Positions 27,769 to 37,823 of a stretch of 64,000 bases of DNA are shown here, in pieces. This DNA comes from Defluviitaleaceae bacterium (GTDB lineage: Bacteria; Bacillota; Clostridia; Lachnospirales; WQUN01). The DNA is taken from positions 977-64,976 of the forward strand of contig WQVY01000004.1 of assembly GCA_009785605.1 (NCBI GenBank), written 5' to 3'. A model generated the notes under the pieces. It searched no databases and was not told where the DNA came from. It saw only the letters and a program-made list of their open reading frames with translations. The number at the start of each line of letters is the position of its first letter. The stretch's first letter is position 1. The translations under genes and the position numbers were made by a program.

Positions 27769-28734
27769 ATGAAACTTGGCGTTCTAACAGTACCCCTGTC
27801 CGGGCGGCCTGTAGATGAAGCTTTTAAGTATCTGGCAGGGCTTGGTGTACAAACTGTAGAAATTGGGACAGGCGGTTACCCCGGCAATGCCCATCTAAAC
27901 TCAGTTGACGCTATAAACAACCCCAATGTACTTACAAGCTTAAAAATGGCTCTGGATAAGTACAAGCTTAGCATCAGCGCCCTAAGCGTACACGGCAATC
28001 CCGTGCACCCAAACAAGGATGTACGCGACAAAGATCATACAGACTTTGTTAATACCCTAAAAGTGGCAAAAGAGCTGGGCGTAGACACTGTTATAACCTT
28101 TAGCGGCTGCCCAGGTGACCACCCTGGTGCAAAGTACCCCAACTGGGTAACATGTGCCTGGCCGCCAGAGTATATAGATGTACTAGAATACCAATGGAAC
28201 GACGTGCTAATACCATATTGGACAGATGCCGCCAAGACAGCCGCAGAATATGGTGTTACTAAGATAGCGTTAGAAATGCATCCGGGCTTTTGTGTGTATA
28301 ATCCTGCGTCTTTATTGCGGCTAAGGGAAGCAGTTGGCCCAGCTATAGGTGCCAACTTTGACCCAAGTCACTTATTTTGGCAGGGGATACAGCCTGTAGA
28401 GGCAATAAAGGCATTAAAAGGTGCAATACATCATTTCCATGCAAAAGACACCCGCATAGATAAGACAAACGTAGCCGTTAACGGGACTCTTGAGACCGGC
28501 CGGTATGACGATTTTACAGGCAGGGGTTGGGTGTTTAGGACCGTAGGCTACGGCCACAGCGAAGGTGAATGGAGAGATATAATTTCCACCCTAAGAGCCG
28601 TAGGCTATGATGGCGCAATAAGCATCGAACATGAAGATGGACTTATGTCTATTGAAGAAGGGTTAGAAAAGGCTATAGAGTTTTTAAAGCCTATCCTTAT
28701 GTATGAGCCGCCTGCACAGATGTGGTGGGCGTAG
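27769..28734 (+). CDS. sugar phosphate isomerase/epimerase (xylose-isomerase-like TIM barrel)
   Basis: Metal-site pattern is ALEMHPG, ...NFDPSH, ...HFHAKD and ...SIEHED. It lies 21 nt downstream of the oxidoreductase. Confidence 0.85.
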   Translation: MKLGVLTVPLSGRPVDEAFKYLAGLGVQTVEIGTGGYPGNAHLNSVDAINNPNVLTSLKMALDKYKLSISALSVHGNPVHPNKDVRDKDHTDFVNTLKVAKELGVDTVITFSGCPGDHPGAKYPNWVTCAWPPEYIDVLEYQWNDVLIPYWTDAAKTAAEYGVTKIALEMHPGFCVYNPASLLRLREAVGPAIGANFDPSHLFWQGIQPVEAIKALKGAIHHFHAKDTRIDKTNVAVNGTLETGRYDDFTGRGWVFRTVGYGHSEGEWRDIISTLRAVGYDGAISIEHEDGLMSIEEGLEKAIEFLKPILMYEPPAQMWWA

Positions 28735-28760
28735 TAATAAAATGTCATACTATATGTTAA

Positions 28761-28784
28761 AGGAGCGCATTGCGCTCCTTTTTT
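28761..28784. terminator. bidirectional intrinsic terminator between convergent genes
   Basis: AGGAGCGCA / TGCGCTCCT inverted repeat followed by TTTTT. An A-rich run lies on the other side. Confidence 0.6.
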
Positions 28785-28790
28785 ATGCCA

Positions 28791-29825
28791 CTAATTAGTA
28801 TTTACAATAGGCGATGCATAAGCAATACTTGACTCTGGAAAGCCAACTCCAATCTTGTAGTACCCATAAAATGACCCGTGATGGCAAAGGTCAGCCCTAA
28901 GCCCCCCAAACAAAATTTCTATTTCATCTACATCCGGGAAACTGGCAAACGTCAGCAGCACCACACGTGCATGAAGCCAAAAACTTGCTGTACCCATTGT
29001 AAAATCAGCCCACTGGTTAGGTTTTAAGTCCACAATTATTCGCCTATCTTCGTACCAAAAATCTAATATTTCTATACCGCTATATAGTTTCTTAAGGCGT
29101 ATAGTTTCTTCCCATAACATCTCACCAGGGATTTCCTCTATATGATAAGTCTCGGTAAGGTACCCTGTAGCATAGCACGCGCTATGTATTTGTACTGTTA
29201 CGCTTTGCGCGTCGGTTATGTGGCGGCGGCGGTCCTGCCAATTATCCAGTACGACGCTAAGCCCCCGGCCTCTTGCCCACGGGAATATAAAGCCAACTAT
29301 TTCCCAGTGCATGTTGTACTCGCATATTACGGTGTAGTTTAATACAACATCGGGATGCATGCGCCACCACTGGCCCGGCTCTTGCGATTCATATTGCACC
29401 CGTGCAATTGCATACCCAATCCCAAGAAATATGCTGTCTTCATAAAATATTCCCAGCGTCTCCCTCCCTGTCCCAAGCACTTCTTCCCAAGGGAGGTAGG
29501 TACTGTTCTGTATCAAGTTTTGGCGGATGCGCTCTGGTGTCCATACCCCAAGCCAGTTAATAGTGGGCCATGCAAGCTCATGCTGCACATGTGCAACTTC
29601 GCGATTTTGGTAGTGCCTGACTTGGTTTTGCAAGTCGCTTATTATATCGCTTTGGGTCTGTAGCTGTTGATGAAGTTCATATATTTCTTCATCAGTTGAT
29701 TCCTCTTGCTGCCTACAACCGCTTAATATTAACATAGCAGCTACCATGGCTAAAAAAAGCATAAATATGTCCAACCTGGAGTTTGGCATATGTACTATTG
29801 AATTTTTTGTAATTTTGTTTACCAT
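28791..29825 (-). CDS. hypothetical lipoprotein with a coiled-coil segment
   Basis: I prefer the ATG at 29825 because AAGGGGG lies 7 nt upstream, rather than the longest ORF starting at 29909. The signal peptide has the lipobox LILSGC. I recognised no family; the C-terminus is vaguely GerMN-like. Confidence 0.55.
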   Translation of the reverse strand: MVNKITKNSIVHMPNSRLDIFMLFLAMVAAMLILSGCRQQEESTDEEIYELHQQLQTQSDIISDLQNQVRHYQNREVAHVQHELAWPTINWLGVWTPERIRQNLIQNSTYLPWEEVLGTGRETLGIFYEDSIFLGIGYAIARVQYESQEPGQWWRMHPDVVLNYTVICEYNMHWEIVGFIFPWARGRGLSVVLDNWQDRRRHITDAQSVTVQIHSACYATGYLTETYHIEEIPGEMLWEETIRLKKLYSGIEILDFWYEDRRIIVDLKPNQWADFTMGTASFWLHARVVLLTFASFPDVDEIEILFGGLRADLCHHGSFYGYYKIGVGFPESSIAYASPIVNTN

Positions 29826-29912
29826 GTATTTGCCCCCTTGGTTATGACCATAAACACTACAGTCATATTGTACACCAAAGGTAAAAATTAATGAACCAAA
29901 AGGAGCCATACT

Positions 29913-30770
29913 ATGAAAGCCACCAATTTATACAATCAACTAGAAAAGGACTTCGTAATACCAGGTATCTATGAAAATTGGTACGATAACGAAATGGCTA
30001 TAAACGACGAATATATTTGTGCAAATTTCAAAAAACGCAGTATGGGGCTGCTGTGTGACTTTGCTAATGACATACACAAGGTATATACAGCGGTGTTCCC
30101 ATCTGACAAAGCCCTAACCAAGATTTTAGACGACAATGCCAAAGATGCAATGCTTTTTGTGCATCATCCGCTGGCATGGGACTTAAGCCGTGACCCAAAC
30201 ATAGCGTTCTATCAAATAAATGCAAAATTATTAAAGGAGTTTAAGGCGAATAATATTTCGCTGTTCAACTTTCATTACCCTCTAGACAATTATGGCCAAT
30301 ATTCTACTAGTAAGACATTGGCATCCGCACTAGGGATAGCTATAGAAAAGCCTTTTGCGTCCTACAATGGGGCGATGTGCGGCATAATAGGCACGACCAC
30401 TTGCAAAGACATCCATGAACTCAACGCCAGATACGCACAAGCAGTAGGCCATAAAACCAAGTTATATCAATACGGTGAAAGCACGATAAAAAACAGCAGG
30501 GTAGGTGTTTGCGCAGGAAGTGGCAACGACGCTAATGTTGTTAAAGAACTAGTAGAACACGGTATAAATGTACTCATATCAGGCCTATCGGTAAAAAATA
30601 AATATTCACACGAAGCTCATTGTTTGGAGATGGAGCACAACATTAACCTCATAGGCGGTACACATTATTCGTCCGAAAAATTCGCATGCATAGAAATATG
30701 CAAATATTTTTGTGAGCTTGGGCTTGCCGCAGAGTATATAAATGACATCCCATGCTATGATGACTTGTAG
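29913..30770 (+). CDS. Nif3-family dinuclear metal-centre protein
   Basis: Contains LFVHHPLAWD and C-terminal GGTHYSSE motifs typical of NIF3/YqfO-like proteins. Confidence 0.8.
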   Translation: MKATNLYNQLEKDFVIPGIYENWYDNEMAINDEYICANFKKRSMGLLCDFANDIHKVYTAVFPSDKALTKILDDNAKDAMLFVHHPLAWDLSRDPNIAFYQINAKLLKEFKANNISLFNFHYPLDNYGQYSTSKTLASALGIAIEKPFASYNGAMCGIIGTTTCKDIHELNARYAQAVGHKTKLYQYGESTIKNSRVGVCAGSGNDANVVKELVEHGINVLISGLSVKNKYSHEAHCLEMEHNINLIGGTHYSSEKFACIEICKYFCELGLAAEYINDIPCYDDL

Positions 30771-30793
30771 AAGTTGTCTTTAACAGCTTAATC

Positions 30794-30841
30794 AAAAAAA
30801 GCGAAGCAATCCAGAGATATAACTCCCCGGATTACTTCGCT
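30794..30841 (-). terminator. intrinsic terminator of the low-complexity lipoprotein gene
   Basis: AGCGAAGCAATCC / GGATTACTTCGCT stem. On the minus strand it is followed by a run of seven T. Confidence 0.6.
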
Positions 30842-30852
30842 TAGTTGTTATA

Positions 30853-32382
30853 CTATTTCATAAGTCTTTGAGTCCCAGTAACACTTGGCGGTGTCATATA
30901 CAAAGTGTTGGTATCACTAGAAGGTACTATACCTATATTTGTATAATCGCCATCAAATGTATCTGTATCATTCAAATCATGGATATTGTTAAAGTTCGCA
31001 TTATAATCGTAATCACCTACGTTGTCATCATAGTCCCAGTCAGCAGCCAAGCTTGTTGGCACAGGGCTTGTAGCTGGTGCTGGTGTTGGTATAGGTTGCG
31101 TACGGTTGATGCTGTTAAAACGGTTTGGAGTTGGGGCCTGCGGGCTGTTTGTAGGAGCTGGTGTGGTTGGGGCTGCATCGTCAGTAGCTTTGTTTTTCTT
31201 AAAAATCGCAAGGCTGTTACTATCATCTGATGCGTTGGCTGCTATAGATGGCCCTAAACTTCTGCTATATTCCGCATATGGGAGTCCACCATATACGCCA
31301 TTTACATCGTCATTGCTCATATAAAAGTCAGGACCTAAATACATACTGTTGTTGAGCCCACGATGGGTGAGGTTAAAGTCATTGATATTTACATTATCAG
31401 GGCGCGTTAGGCGGCTTGTATTGTTTATACCCACGCTACGCTCAGCGGTACGCGCGATACTGCGGTTTTGGTTATCACGCCCAGCACGGTTAATACCCCT
31501 AGTACGGTCAATGCCACGGGTTGCATTTGGGTTAACTACTGTGTTGGCATTCATAATAGGTGCGGCTGGGGTAATGCTTGTATTAGAACGGTTGTTTAAT
31601 ACATTTTGACGAAGTTCGCGTACTCTTTCCGTTCTTGCAGATGGTGTGCGTGCGGCTTGCCTGTTAGTAGCAGACCTGGTTGTGGTTGCACGATTTACTG
31701 CACCAGTGTTTACGTTGTTGTGGAGCATGGGCTGCGCAGCACTAACGCTAGTTCTTGGCGCTTTGCGTGTTGGCCTGGCAGCTTTTGTGGCAGTATTTTT
31801 TGCTGCATTGGTGCTGCGGGTAATGCCTGTGCTTGTAGCACGTTTTTTGGTTGTTGTATTTCTGGTTGGTGTGCTTCTTACTACGCGGTTGTTTAGGTTT
31901 GCGGCATTTTCTGTTGGTGTGTCTAACCTGTTACGCATACCCAAATCGTATCCACCGTATTCGCCATCTACACTGTTTGTATATAACCCAGGATTGTCAT
32001 ATCCAAAAGTGTGACCAACACGGCCGCGGTTAATCGTACCAGCGCTTCGGTTGGGAGTACGGTGCGTGGGTAAACCAGTATTGTTATGGTTGTTGGTTAA
32101 TCCAGCACCAGGGCGCGCGACATGGTTACTACTCCGGGTCCTGGCAGTTACATCGTTACGGGTAGCTCGTCTAAACCCACGATTAAAACCCCGTACTGTA
32201 CGTTCGTTTGTATTGTGCGTACGTGTTAGCCCGTATGAGTCGGTCCTGCGGTTAACGGCATCAACTACGCGCTGGCCGTTTCTGTTTCCCTGGTTGGTTT
32301 CAGGCAGGTTGCTGGAACAGCCTGTTACTGCAATCATACCTGCGACCATCCCGGTAACAAGAATTCTTCTCCAGTTTTTCAT
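30853..32382 (-). CDS. Asn/Thr/Arg-rich low-complexity lipoprotein
   Basis: GGGGGA RBS. Signal peptide with lipobox AVTGC. About 350 aa are dominated by N, T, R, S and A, followed by a PT-rich stretch and an acidic D/Y/N-rich tail. Confidence 0.6.
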   Translation of the reverse strand: MKNWRRILVTGMVAGMIAVTGCSSNLPETNQGNRNGQRVVDAVNRRTDSYGLTRTHNTNERTVRGFNRGFRRATRNDVTARTRSSNHVARPGAGLTNNHNNTGLPTHRTPNRSAGTINRGRVGHTFGYDNPGLYTNSVDGEYGGYDLGMRNRLDTPTENAANLNNRVVRSTPTRNTTTKKRATSTGITRSTNAAKNTATKAARPTRKAPRTSVSAAQPMLHNNVNTGAVNRATTTRSATNRQAARTPSARTERVRELRQNVLNNRSNTSITPAAPIMNANTVVNPNATRGIDRTRGINRAGRDNQNRSIARTAERSVGINNTSRLTRPDNVNINDFNLTHRGLNNSMYLGPDFYMSNDDVNGVYGGLPYAEYSRSLGPSIAANASDDSNSLAIFKKNKATDDAAPTTPAPTNSPQAPTPNRFNSINRTQPIPTPAPATSPVPTSLAADWDYDDNVGDYDYNANFNNIHDLNDTDTFDGDYTNIGIVPSSDTNTLYMTPPSVTGTQRLMK

Positions 32383-32411
32383 TATTAGTCCCCCTTAATT
32401 TCATATCAACT

Positions 32412-32455
32412 AAAAAATCGCAAGCCCTTCGTGTCATACGAAGTACCTTGCGATT
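32412..32455 (-). terminator. intrinsic terminator ending the dnaG-rpoD-trmK transcript
   Basis: Outer stem AATCGCAAG / CTTGCGATT with an inner CTTCGT / ACGAAG pairing. A T-run follows on the minus strand. Confidence 0.65.
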
Positions 32456-32541
32456 CTAGTTTAAGCAGATTCGATTATTAAATACTGTGTTACCTCTGGC
32501 AGCAAAACAAGTTATTGGATTTGATTATACGAGTTAACTCG

Positions 32542-33228
32542 CTATACAAGCCACTCTAAGCGCTTTTGGGCGTCACTTAGCATTTTTTTATCGCGTATAG
32601 ATGAAATATACGAAACTATTTTTTCACGCTTTTTTGACTTATATACCATAAAATCATTTGCGGCTTCGCTAATCAAATATTTTCCTAGGAAATATTCCTG
32701 CCCGGTCCATGAAACAACTTCACCAGTATACTTAGCAGCCATAACTACATAAAAATGCTCCCGCTTTGCTATTGTTTCACGAATTAATCGCTCGCTTTCA
32801 ATTTCAAACCCATTTATATGCAGTTCTCTGCGCAGTAGCTCTGTATCATGTTGCGGTTGTAAAATTAACCGCCTGGCAGCTCGCGCTTGTTGCATTCCTT
32901 CATAAATTATATTTTTGATGCGCATACCGCCCATCCCAGCAACAACAATGCAATCACATTCACAGGTCGTAAGAGGTAAAAGCCCGTCGCCCAAGCGTAC
33001 AGTTATTTTATCTGTAAGCCCTGCATCATTTATATTATTGGCCGCAATGCTAAGCGGCCCGGCATGTAAATCACATGCAATAGCTCTATTGCAAATCCCA
33101 CGCTGTACTGCCGCAATAGGCAAGTATCCATGATCTGTTCCTATATCAGCCAAGACGTCACAACTAGGCGTATGTAAAGACCGGCATAAATCCAGCACAG
33201 CCTGCAACCTAGGCGATAACGACAGCAT
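32542..33228 (-). CDS. trmK: tRNA (adenine22-N1)-methyltransferase TrmK (YqfN family)
   Basis: Contains LSPRL..V and the SAM-binding DIGTDHGYLP. It sits directly after rpoD, as B. subtilis yqfN does. Confidence 0.8.
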   Translation of the reverse strand: MLSLSPRLQAVLDLCRSLHTPSCDVLADIGTDHGYLPIAAVQRGICNRAIACDLHAGPLSIAANNINDAGLTDKITVRLGDGLLPLTTCECDCIVVAGMGGMRIKNIIYEGMQQARAARRLILQPQHDTELLRRELHINGFEIESERLIRETIAKREHFYVVMAAKYTGEVVSWTGQEYFLGKYLISEAANDFMVYKSKKREKIVSYISSIRDKKMLSDAQKRLEWLV

Positions 33229-34343
33229 TAATCAAGATAATCCTTTAGTTTTTTGCTACGGCTGGGATGCCGCAATTTACGCAGGGCTTTGGCCTCTATT
33301 TGCCTAATCCTCTCACGCGTTACGTTAAACTCTTTCCCTACTTCTTCCAACGTGCGCGCACGGCCATCATCCAAGCCAAAGCGCAACCTAAGCACTTTTT
33401 CTTCCCGGTCGGTAAGGGTGTCTAGCACGTCTATCAGTTGCTCTTTTAGTAACGTAAATGCCGCTGCCTCCGCAGGCGCAGGGATATCATCATCTGGGAT
33501 AAAATCACCCAAATGGCTATCTTCTTCTTCGCCTATAGGCGTCTCAAGAGAAACAGGCTCCTGCCCTATTTTTAATATCTCGCGCACCTTATCTACCGGC
33601 ATTTGCATTTCTTTAGCCAGTTCGTCTGGCGTGGGGTCACGGCCCAGCTCTTGCAATAGTTGTCTAGAAACACGTATAAGCTTATTAATTGTTTCAACCA
33701 TATGAACAGGTATACGTATAGTACGAGCCTGGTCGGCAATGGCCCTGGTAATAGCTTGCCGTATCCACCAAGTAGCATACGTACTAAACTTATAGCCTTT
33801 TGTATAATCAAATTTTTCTACAGCCTTAATAAGCCCAAGATTGCCCTCCTGGATCAAATCCAAAAACAGCATTCCCCGGCCTACATACCGCTTTGCTATA
33901 CTAACAACCAGGCGCAAATTAGCCTCGGCCAGGCGCTGACGTGCATCTTCTTCGCCAGCTTCCATGCGCTTTGCCAAATCAATTTCTTCCTCGGCTGTGA
34001 GAAGCGGTACTTTACCGATCTCCTTAAGGTACATGCGTACGTGGTCATCGATATTTATAGCGCCTTCCACGGCGGAAAGGTCAATTTCTTTTTCCTTTTC
34101 GGCCTCCGGCTCCATACCGGTGATTAACTCGATACCCTGACTTTCAAGCCATTCATAAACCTTTTCGGCCTGATCCGGATCCAAGTCAATATCACCAAGG
34201 AAATCCATAACTTCTTTGTGATCCAGGGTGTTTTTTTTCTTTTTTCCTATGTCCATCAGCTCTTGCAACCGTAGCATCAACAAAGGATCTTCAAAGGACT
34301 TCAAAGAACACCATTCCTCTCGTGTCGCTATTATTCTAACCAT
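33228..34343 (-). CDS. rpoD: primary RNA polymerase sigma factor (SigA/RpoD)
   Basis: Region 2 reads [16 protein letters not shown] and region 4 reads [20 protein letters not shown]. The true start may be an internal Met. Confidence 0.95.
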   Translation of the reverse strand: MVRIIATREEWCSLKSFEDPLLMLRLQELMDIGKKKKNTLDHKEVMDFLGDIDLDPDQAEKVYEWLESQGIELITGMEPEAEKEKEIDLSAVEGAINIDDHVRMYLKEIGKVPLLTAEEEIDLAKRMEAGEEDARQRLAEANLRLVVSIAKRYVGRGMLFLDLIQEGNLGLIKAVEKFDYTKGYKFSTYATWWIRQAITRAIADQARTIRIPVHMVETINKLIRVSRQLLQELGRDPTPDELAKEMQMPVDKVREILKIGQEPVSLETPIGEEEDSHLGDFIPDDDIPAPAEAAAFTLLKEQLIDVLDTLTDREEKVLRLRFGLDDGRARTLEEVGKEFNVTRERIRQIEAKALRKLRHPSRSKKLKDYLD

Positions 34344-36168
34344 CGCCCATGGTTATATACAACGATGATAGATTTCTTTTGCTTAAAAACAGGTTATTTA
34401 CTGCATTTAAGTCGTTTTTTTGCATTAAAACATCCATTTCATTGGTAAACCATGCGCGTTTTATTATGAAAGCCATTTCATTTAATGCTTTTTCCATGTC
34501 AATATCTGATTTATACAGGGTTTCACCAGCGAAAATTTCTGCAACCTTTTGTTGGTCTTCTAATATCTCGAAATGAGCAATGATATCAGCAGGGGGCATG
34601 TGCCTCTTGCTTTGCGCATTTGCAAATGCCAGTACTAATAATTGTGAGTATGTCTCATCGCACATTTCTTCTGGGCTTAGGTACTCACTTTTTGCTAAAG
34701 CGCTTGCCGTGACAGGGTAGGTAAACAGTAGATTCATTAGCCGTTTGCGAGCTTCTTTTAAACCTTTTTCTTCGGCACTTGTGCGTACCCTTTGGCGGTT
34801 GCTTGTAGGTATTATTAAGGTTTGCCCATCTTGGGATTTTATTTGTTGAGCACGTTGTTTTTGTACTTCGGCCAATATTGCAGATGTTGTTATCCCAGAG
34901 ATATCTGCAATTTCTTGGGCATATGCGTCTGTTTCTATGGCGCTTGTCAGGCTTGTTAGCAAGCTTGCGGCTTCCTCTGTAAAACGGATGCGCTGGTTTG
35001 TCTCGCTTTCGCTATCCAGTGCATAACGGTGTTTTAGTAAGCCTACTTTAAATGCGACATGGCTTTTTGCTGCCGTTAGTAACCGGCTAAATTTGTCCCG
35101 GCCATTTAACTGTATATATTCATCCGGGTCTTTGGCTCCGGTTTCTGGAGAAAACTGCAATACTTTTACGCTTAACCCACCGCTCAACAATTCAGGTATC
35201 GCTTTCTCTGCTGCGCGAGTTCCGGCTTCATCGCTATCTAGTAGTAAAGTAACTGTGTTTATGCTTGCACGCTTTAAAAGTCGTACATGCTCTGCGGTTA
35301 GAGCTGTGCCAAGTACACCCACTGTATTAGTAAAACCTACTTGGTGAAGGGCAAGGACATCCATGTATCCCTCGACAATAATCATTTCGTTGGCACGGGA
35401 TTTGCGGGCAATGTTCAAGCCATAGAGTTGGCGGCTTTTATTAAATAGCGGTGTGTCTGGTGAGTTTATATACTTTGCCTCACCATCATCACCGCCAGGC
35501 AAGGCCCGTCCACCAAAACCCACAATGCGGCCCGTGGACTCTATTATAGGGAACATAAGCCGCCGCCTAAAACGGTCATAATATCGCGATTGGTTTTTTT
35601 GACTTTGTGCCGCCAAGCCTGCCGTAGCAAGCTCCGACCCAGGTGCTGATATGTGCGCTATAAGATTGTCCCATCCGGGAGGTGCAAGTCCTAAGCCAAA
35701 GCGCTTTTGCAAGGATATATGTACCCCCCTGTCCATCAAGTAACTACGGGCCAGTTCAGCTTCAGTAGAGTCTTGCTGCAATTGTTCATAATAAAAACGG
35801 GCGGCTTGCTTGTTTAACTCGGCTGTACGTTCCCGTTCTCTAGCACGTATTTTTGCACCAGTAGAGGACTTAGCGTCTGGTAAGTTATAATGTACTCTGT
35901 CTGCAAGTAGTTTTAAGGCGTCAAGGAAATCCATATTTTCGTGCCGCATCACAAATGTAATAACATTCCCCCCAGCATGGCAACCAAAGCAGTAAAACAT
36001 CTGCTCTTCGCCATTTACACAAAAAGATGCAGATTTTTCGCTATGGAAAGGGCATAAACCAAAGTGTCGCCCGCCCTGTAGCCGCAACTGTACACCGTAT
36101 GAGCTTATTACATCTACAATGTCGTTGAGTGTGCGTATATCGTGGATTACTTCATGAGGGTAGTGCAT
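34336..36168 (-). CDS. dnaG: DNA primase
   Basis: The zinc ribbon is [11 protein letters not shown]...YCFGCHAGG and the TOPRIM motif is VEGYMDV. Confidence 0.95.
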   Translation of the reverse strand: MHYPHEVIHDIRTLNDIVDVISSYGVQLRLQGGRHFGLCPFHSEKSASFCVNGEEQMFYCFGCHAGGNVITFVMRHENMDFLDALKLLADRVHYNLPDAKSSTGAKIRARERERTAELNKQAARFYYEQLQQDSTEAELARSYLMDRGVHISLQKRFGLGLAPPGWDNLIAHISAPGSELATAGLAAQSQKNQSRYYDRFRRRLMFPIIESTGRIVGFGGRALPGGDDGEAKYINSPDTPLFNKSRQLYGLNIARKSRANEMIIVEGYMDVLALHQVGFTNTVGVLGTALTAEHVRLLKRASINTVTLLLDSDEAGTRAAEKAIPELLSGGLSVKVLQFSPETGAKDPDEYIQLNGRDKFSRLLTAAKSHVAFKVGLLKHRYALDSESETNQRIRFTEEAASLLTSLTSAIETDAYAQEIADISGITTSAILAEVQKQRAQQIKSQDGQTLIIPTSNRQRVRTSAEEKGLKEARKRLMNLLFTYPVTASALAKSEYLSPEEMCDETYSQLLVLAFANAQSKRHMPPADIIAHFEILEDQQKVAEIFAGETLYKSDIDMEKALNEMAFIIKRAWFTNEMDVLMQKNDLNAVNNLFLSKRNLSSLYITMGDG

Positions 36169-36199
36169 GGGGAGGATGCCTCCTAATACATAACGGTAC

Positions 36200-37255
36200 T
36201 TATATACGAATTACGATATCGGCAGCTTCGTAGATATTATATTCATTAAAGTATGCTTCTTCCATGGGAACCCACTTTGTTAGGTATTCATTCGCAACTT
36301 TTGCATTATTGCGTGCTTTTATGCGGGAGCTTTGTTCCGTGGGGTTTATATCTAAAGACACTCGTACATCCATATACTTACCCAGCTCTGGATGAAAACT
36401 ATAAACACCTTCAACTATGCGCCAGGGGGAGGGGATGACTTCCGTTAAATTATTGTTGTATTCCATCTTGTTGCAATCAAATTTGCGATATAAGAATCCC
36501 TTGTCGCTTCGTATATGCGGTAGTACATCTTGGGTAAAGCGTTCATGATGTATGTTGCCGCCGGGTTTACTTAGTCTTTCTATGGTTCGTAGTTCGGGTG
36601 GGAGGAAAAAATCATCCATTGCTATATTCCCTGCCGGGATTATGTCACATAGATATCTAGTAAGTGTAGTTTTACCAGATGCCGCACGCCCGTCAATAGC
36701 AATTACACCCTTATCCATACCAGACATCAACTCAAAAATAGGTAGTACCTTTGCTGCCAAACCGGATAAAATCCGATATGCAGGTTTCGCATTTTCGCGA
36801 TACATCGCGCTATGGCGTACGGGTGGGGATGGGACATTTCGCTTGTAATCATTAATATACTCAACCCATTGATCATATGAGAAAGGGAATGAACCTGTTT
36901 TACATAAATAATCAGCTTGAGTAATAAAATCTTCTAAAGACGTTTCATCACTCATTAAGCTATGATTAGAAGCACTTAAGAATAATCTCCAAAGCCAGTC
37001 AGGGTTTAGTTTTAGTCGTTTCCATGCAGAAAGGTTAACTCGGCAAACAGTTGGTGAAATATATTCGGTCAATGGTTTATCGTCGACCAGTGTATCTTCA
37101 TATTCTTCGAAAAAATACCCTAATGCTTGAGTGGGGTTACTTAACAAGTGCTCTGCCCCAAAAGCAGCCTGATAACAAAGCTTCACCACATCTTGCGGTG
37201 CAAGCAACGGGTGAAGCTTTATTTCATCTAGTAAGTATTTAGACAAGTTTGTCAT
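36200..37255 (-). CDS. uridine-kinase-like P-loop kinase with an uncharacterised ~170-aa N-terminal domain
   Basis: A central Walker A is present (VIAIDGRAASGKTTL). I do not recognise the N-terminal domain (LHPLLAPQDVVKLCYQAAFGAEHLL). It overlaps the upstream ECF S-component gene by 4 nt. Confidence 0.55.
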   Translation of the reverse strand: MTNLSKYLLDEIKLHPLLAPQDVVKLCYQAAFGAEHLLSNPTQALGYFFEEYEDTLVDDKPLTEYISPTVCRVNLSAWKRLKLNPDWLWRLFLSASNHSLMSDETSLEDFITQADYLCKTGSFPFSYDQWVEYINDYKRNVPSPPVRHSAMYRENAKPAYRILSGLAAKVLPIFELMSGMDKGVIAIDGRAASGKTTLTRYLCDIIPAGNIAMDDFFLPPELRTIERLSKPGGNIHHERFTQDVLPHIRSDKGFLYRKFDCNKMEYNNNLTEVIPSPWRIVEGVYSFHPELGKYMDVRVSLDINPTEQSSRIKARNNAKVANEYLTKWVPMEEAYFNEYNIYEAADIVIRI

Positions 37256-37797
37256 GCGCTTGCATTAACAGGATACCTTAGTGGAATAACCCTTTCGCGC
37301 TCTAATGCGATAACCACGCTTGGCACAAATAAAAGTTGGATTACTAATCCAGGAAGCGATGTTACAAAATAGCTAGTCATCCATATGCCAATTGCATACG
37401 TACCGTCGAAAAAGTATATGGCTTGAGCAAGACCAGCAACTAATCGCCCAATAATCATAGCTGTTATAAGACTAATGTACAAATCCGCTGATATACGGCG
37501 GGTATGTACTATCTGGGTCATAAACCCGGCAACAAGACCATATGTGCCAAGTTCTATCATCATAATAGGAAATACACCAGATGGGGGCATACCAGTAAAC
37601 AAGTGTGACAGCAACGGGCCAGAAACACCAGCCACAAGGCCAAAAAGCGGCCCACATATCAAGCCAGCAAGCAATACCGGGATATGCATCGGCATCAAAA
37701 TTGACCCAGCACGCGGTATAGAGTGGAAGGCCATTGGCAGTACTACACACAGTGCAATTAACATGGATGTGGTGATAGATTTTTTTAGATAACTCAT
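37252..37797 (-). CDS. ECF-transporter substrate-capture (S) component, substrate unknown
   Basis: A 181-aa protein with about 6 TM segments. The pattern LPMHIPVLLAGLICGP is common in ECF S components. No A/T components are adjacent. Confidence 0.6.
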   Translation of the reverse strand: MSYLKKSITTSMLIALCVVLPMAFHSIPRAGSILMPMHIPVLLAGLICGPLFGLVAGVSGPLLSHLFTGMPPSGVFPIMMIELGTYGLVAGFMTQIVHTRRISADLYISLITAMIIGRLVAGLAQAIYFFDGTYAIGIWMTSYFVTSLPGLVIQLLFVPSVVIALERERVIPLRYPVNASA

Positions 37798-37823
37798 ATA
37801 GTTCCTCCTGGGGGTTTATTTCA

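Noticed and set aside
31349-32398. Chain of plus-strand ORFs (86-122 aa) rich in Leu/Val/Arg/Cys
   Set aside because: All are antisense to the Asn/Thr/Arg-rich lipoprotein gene, which has the RBS, signal peptide and terminator. They are compositional shadows.
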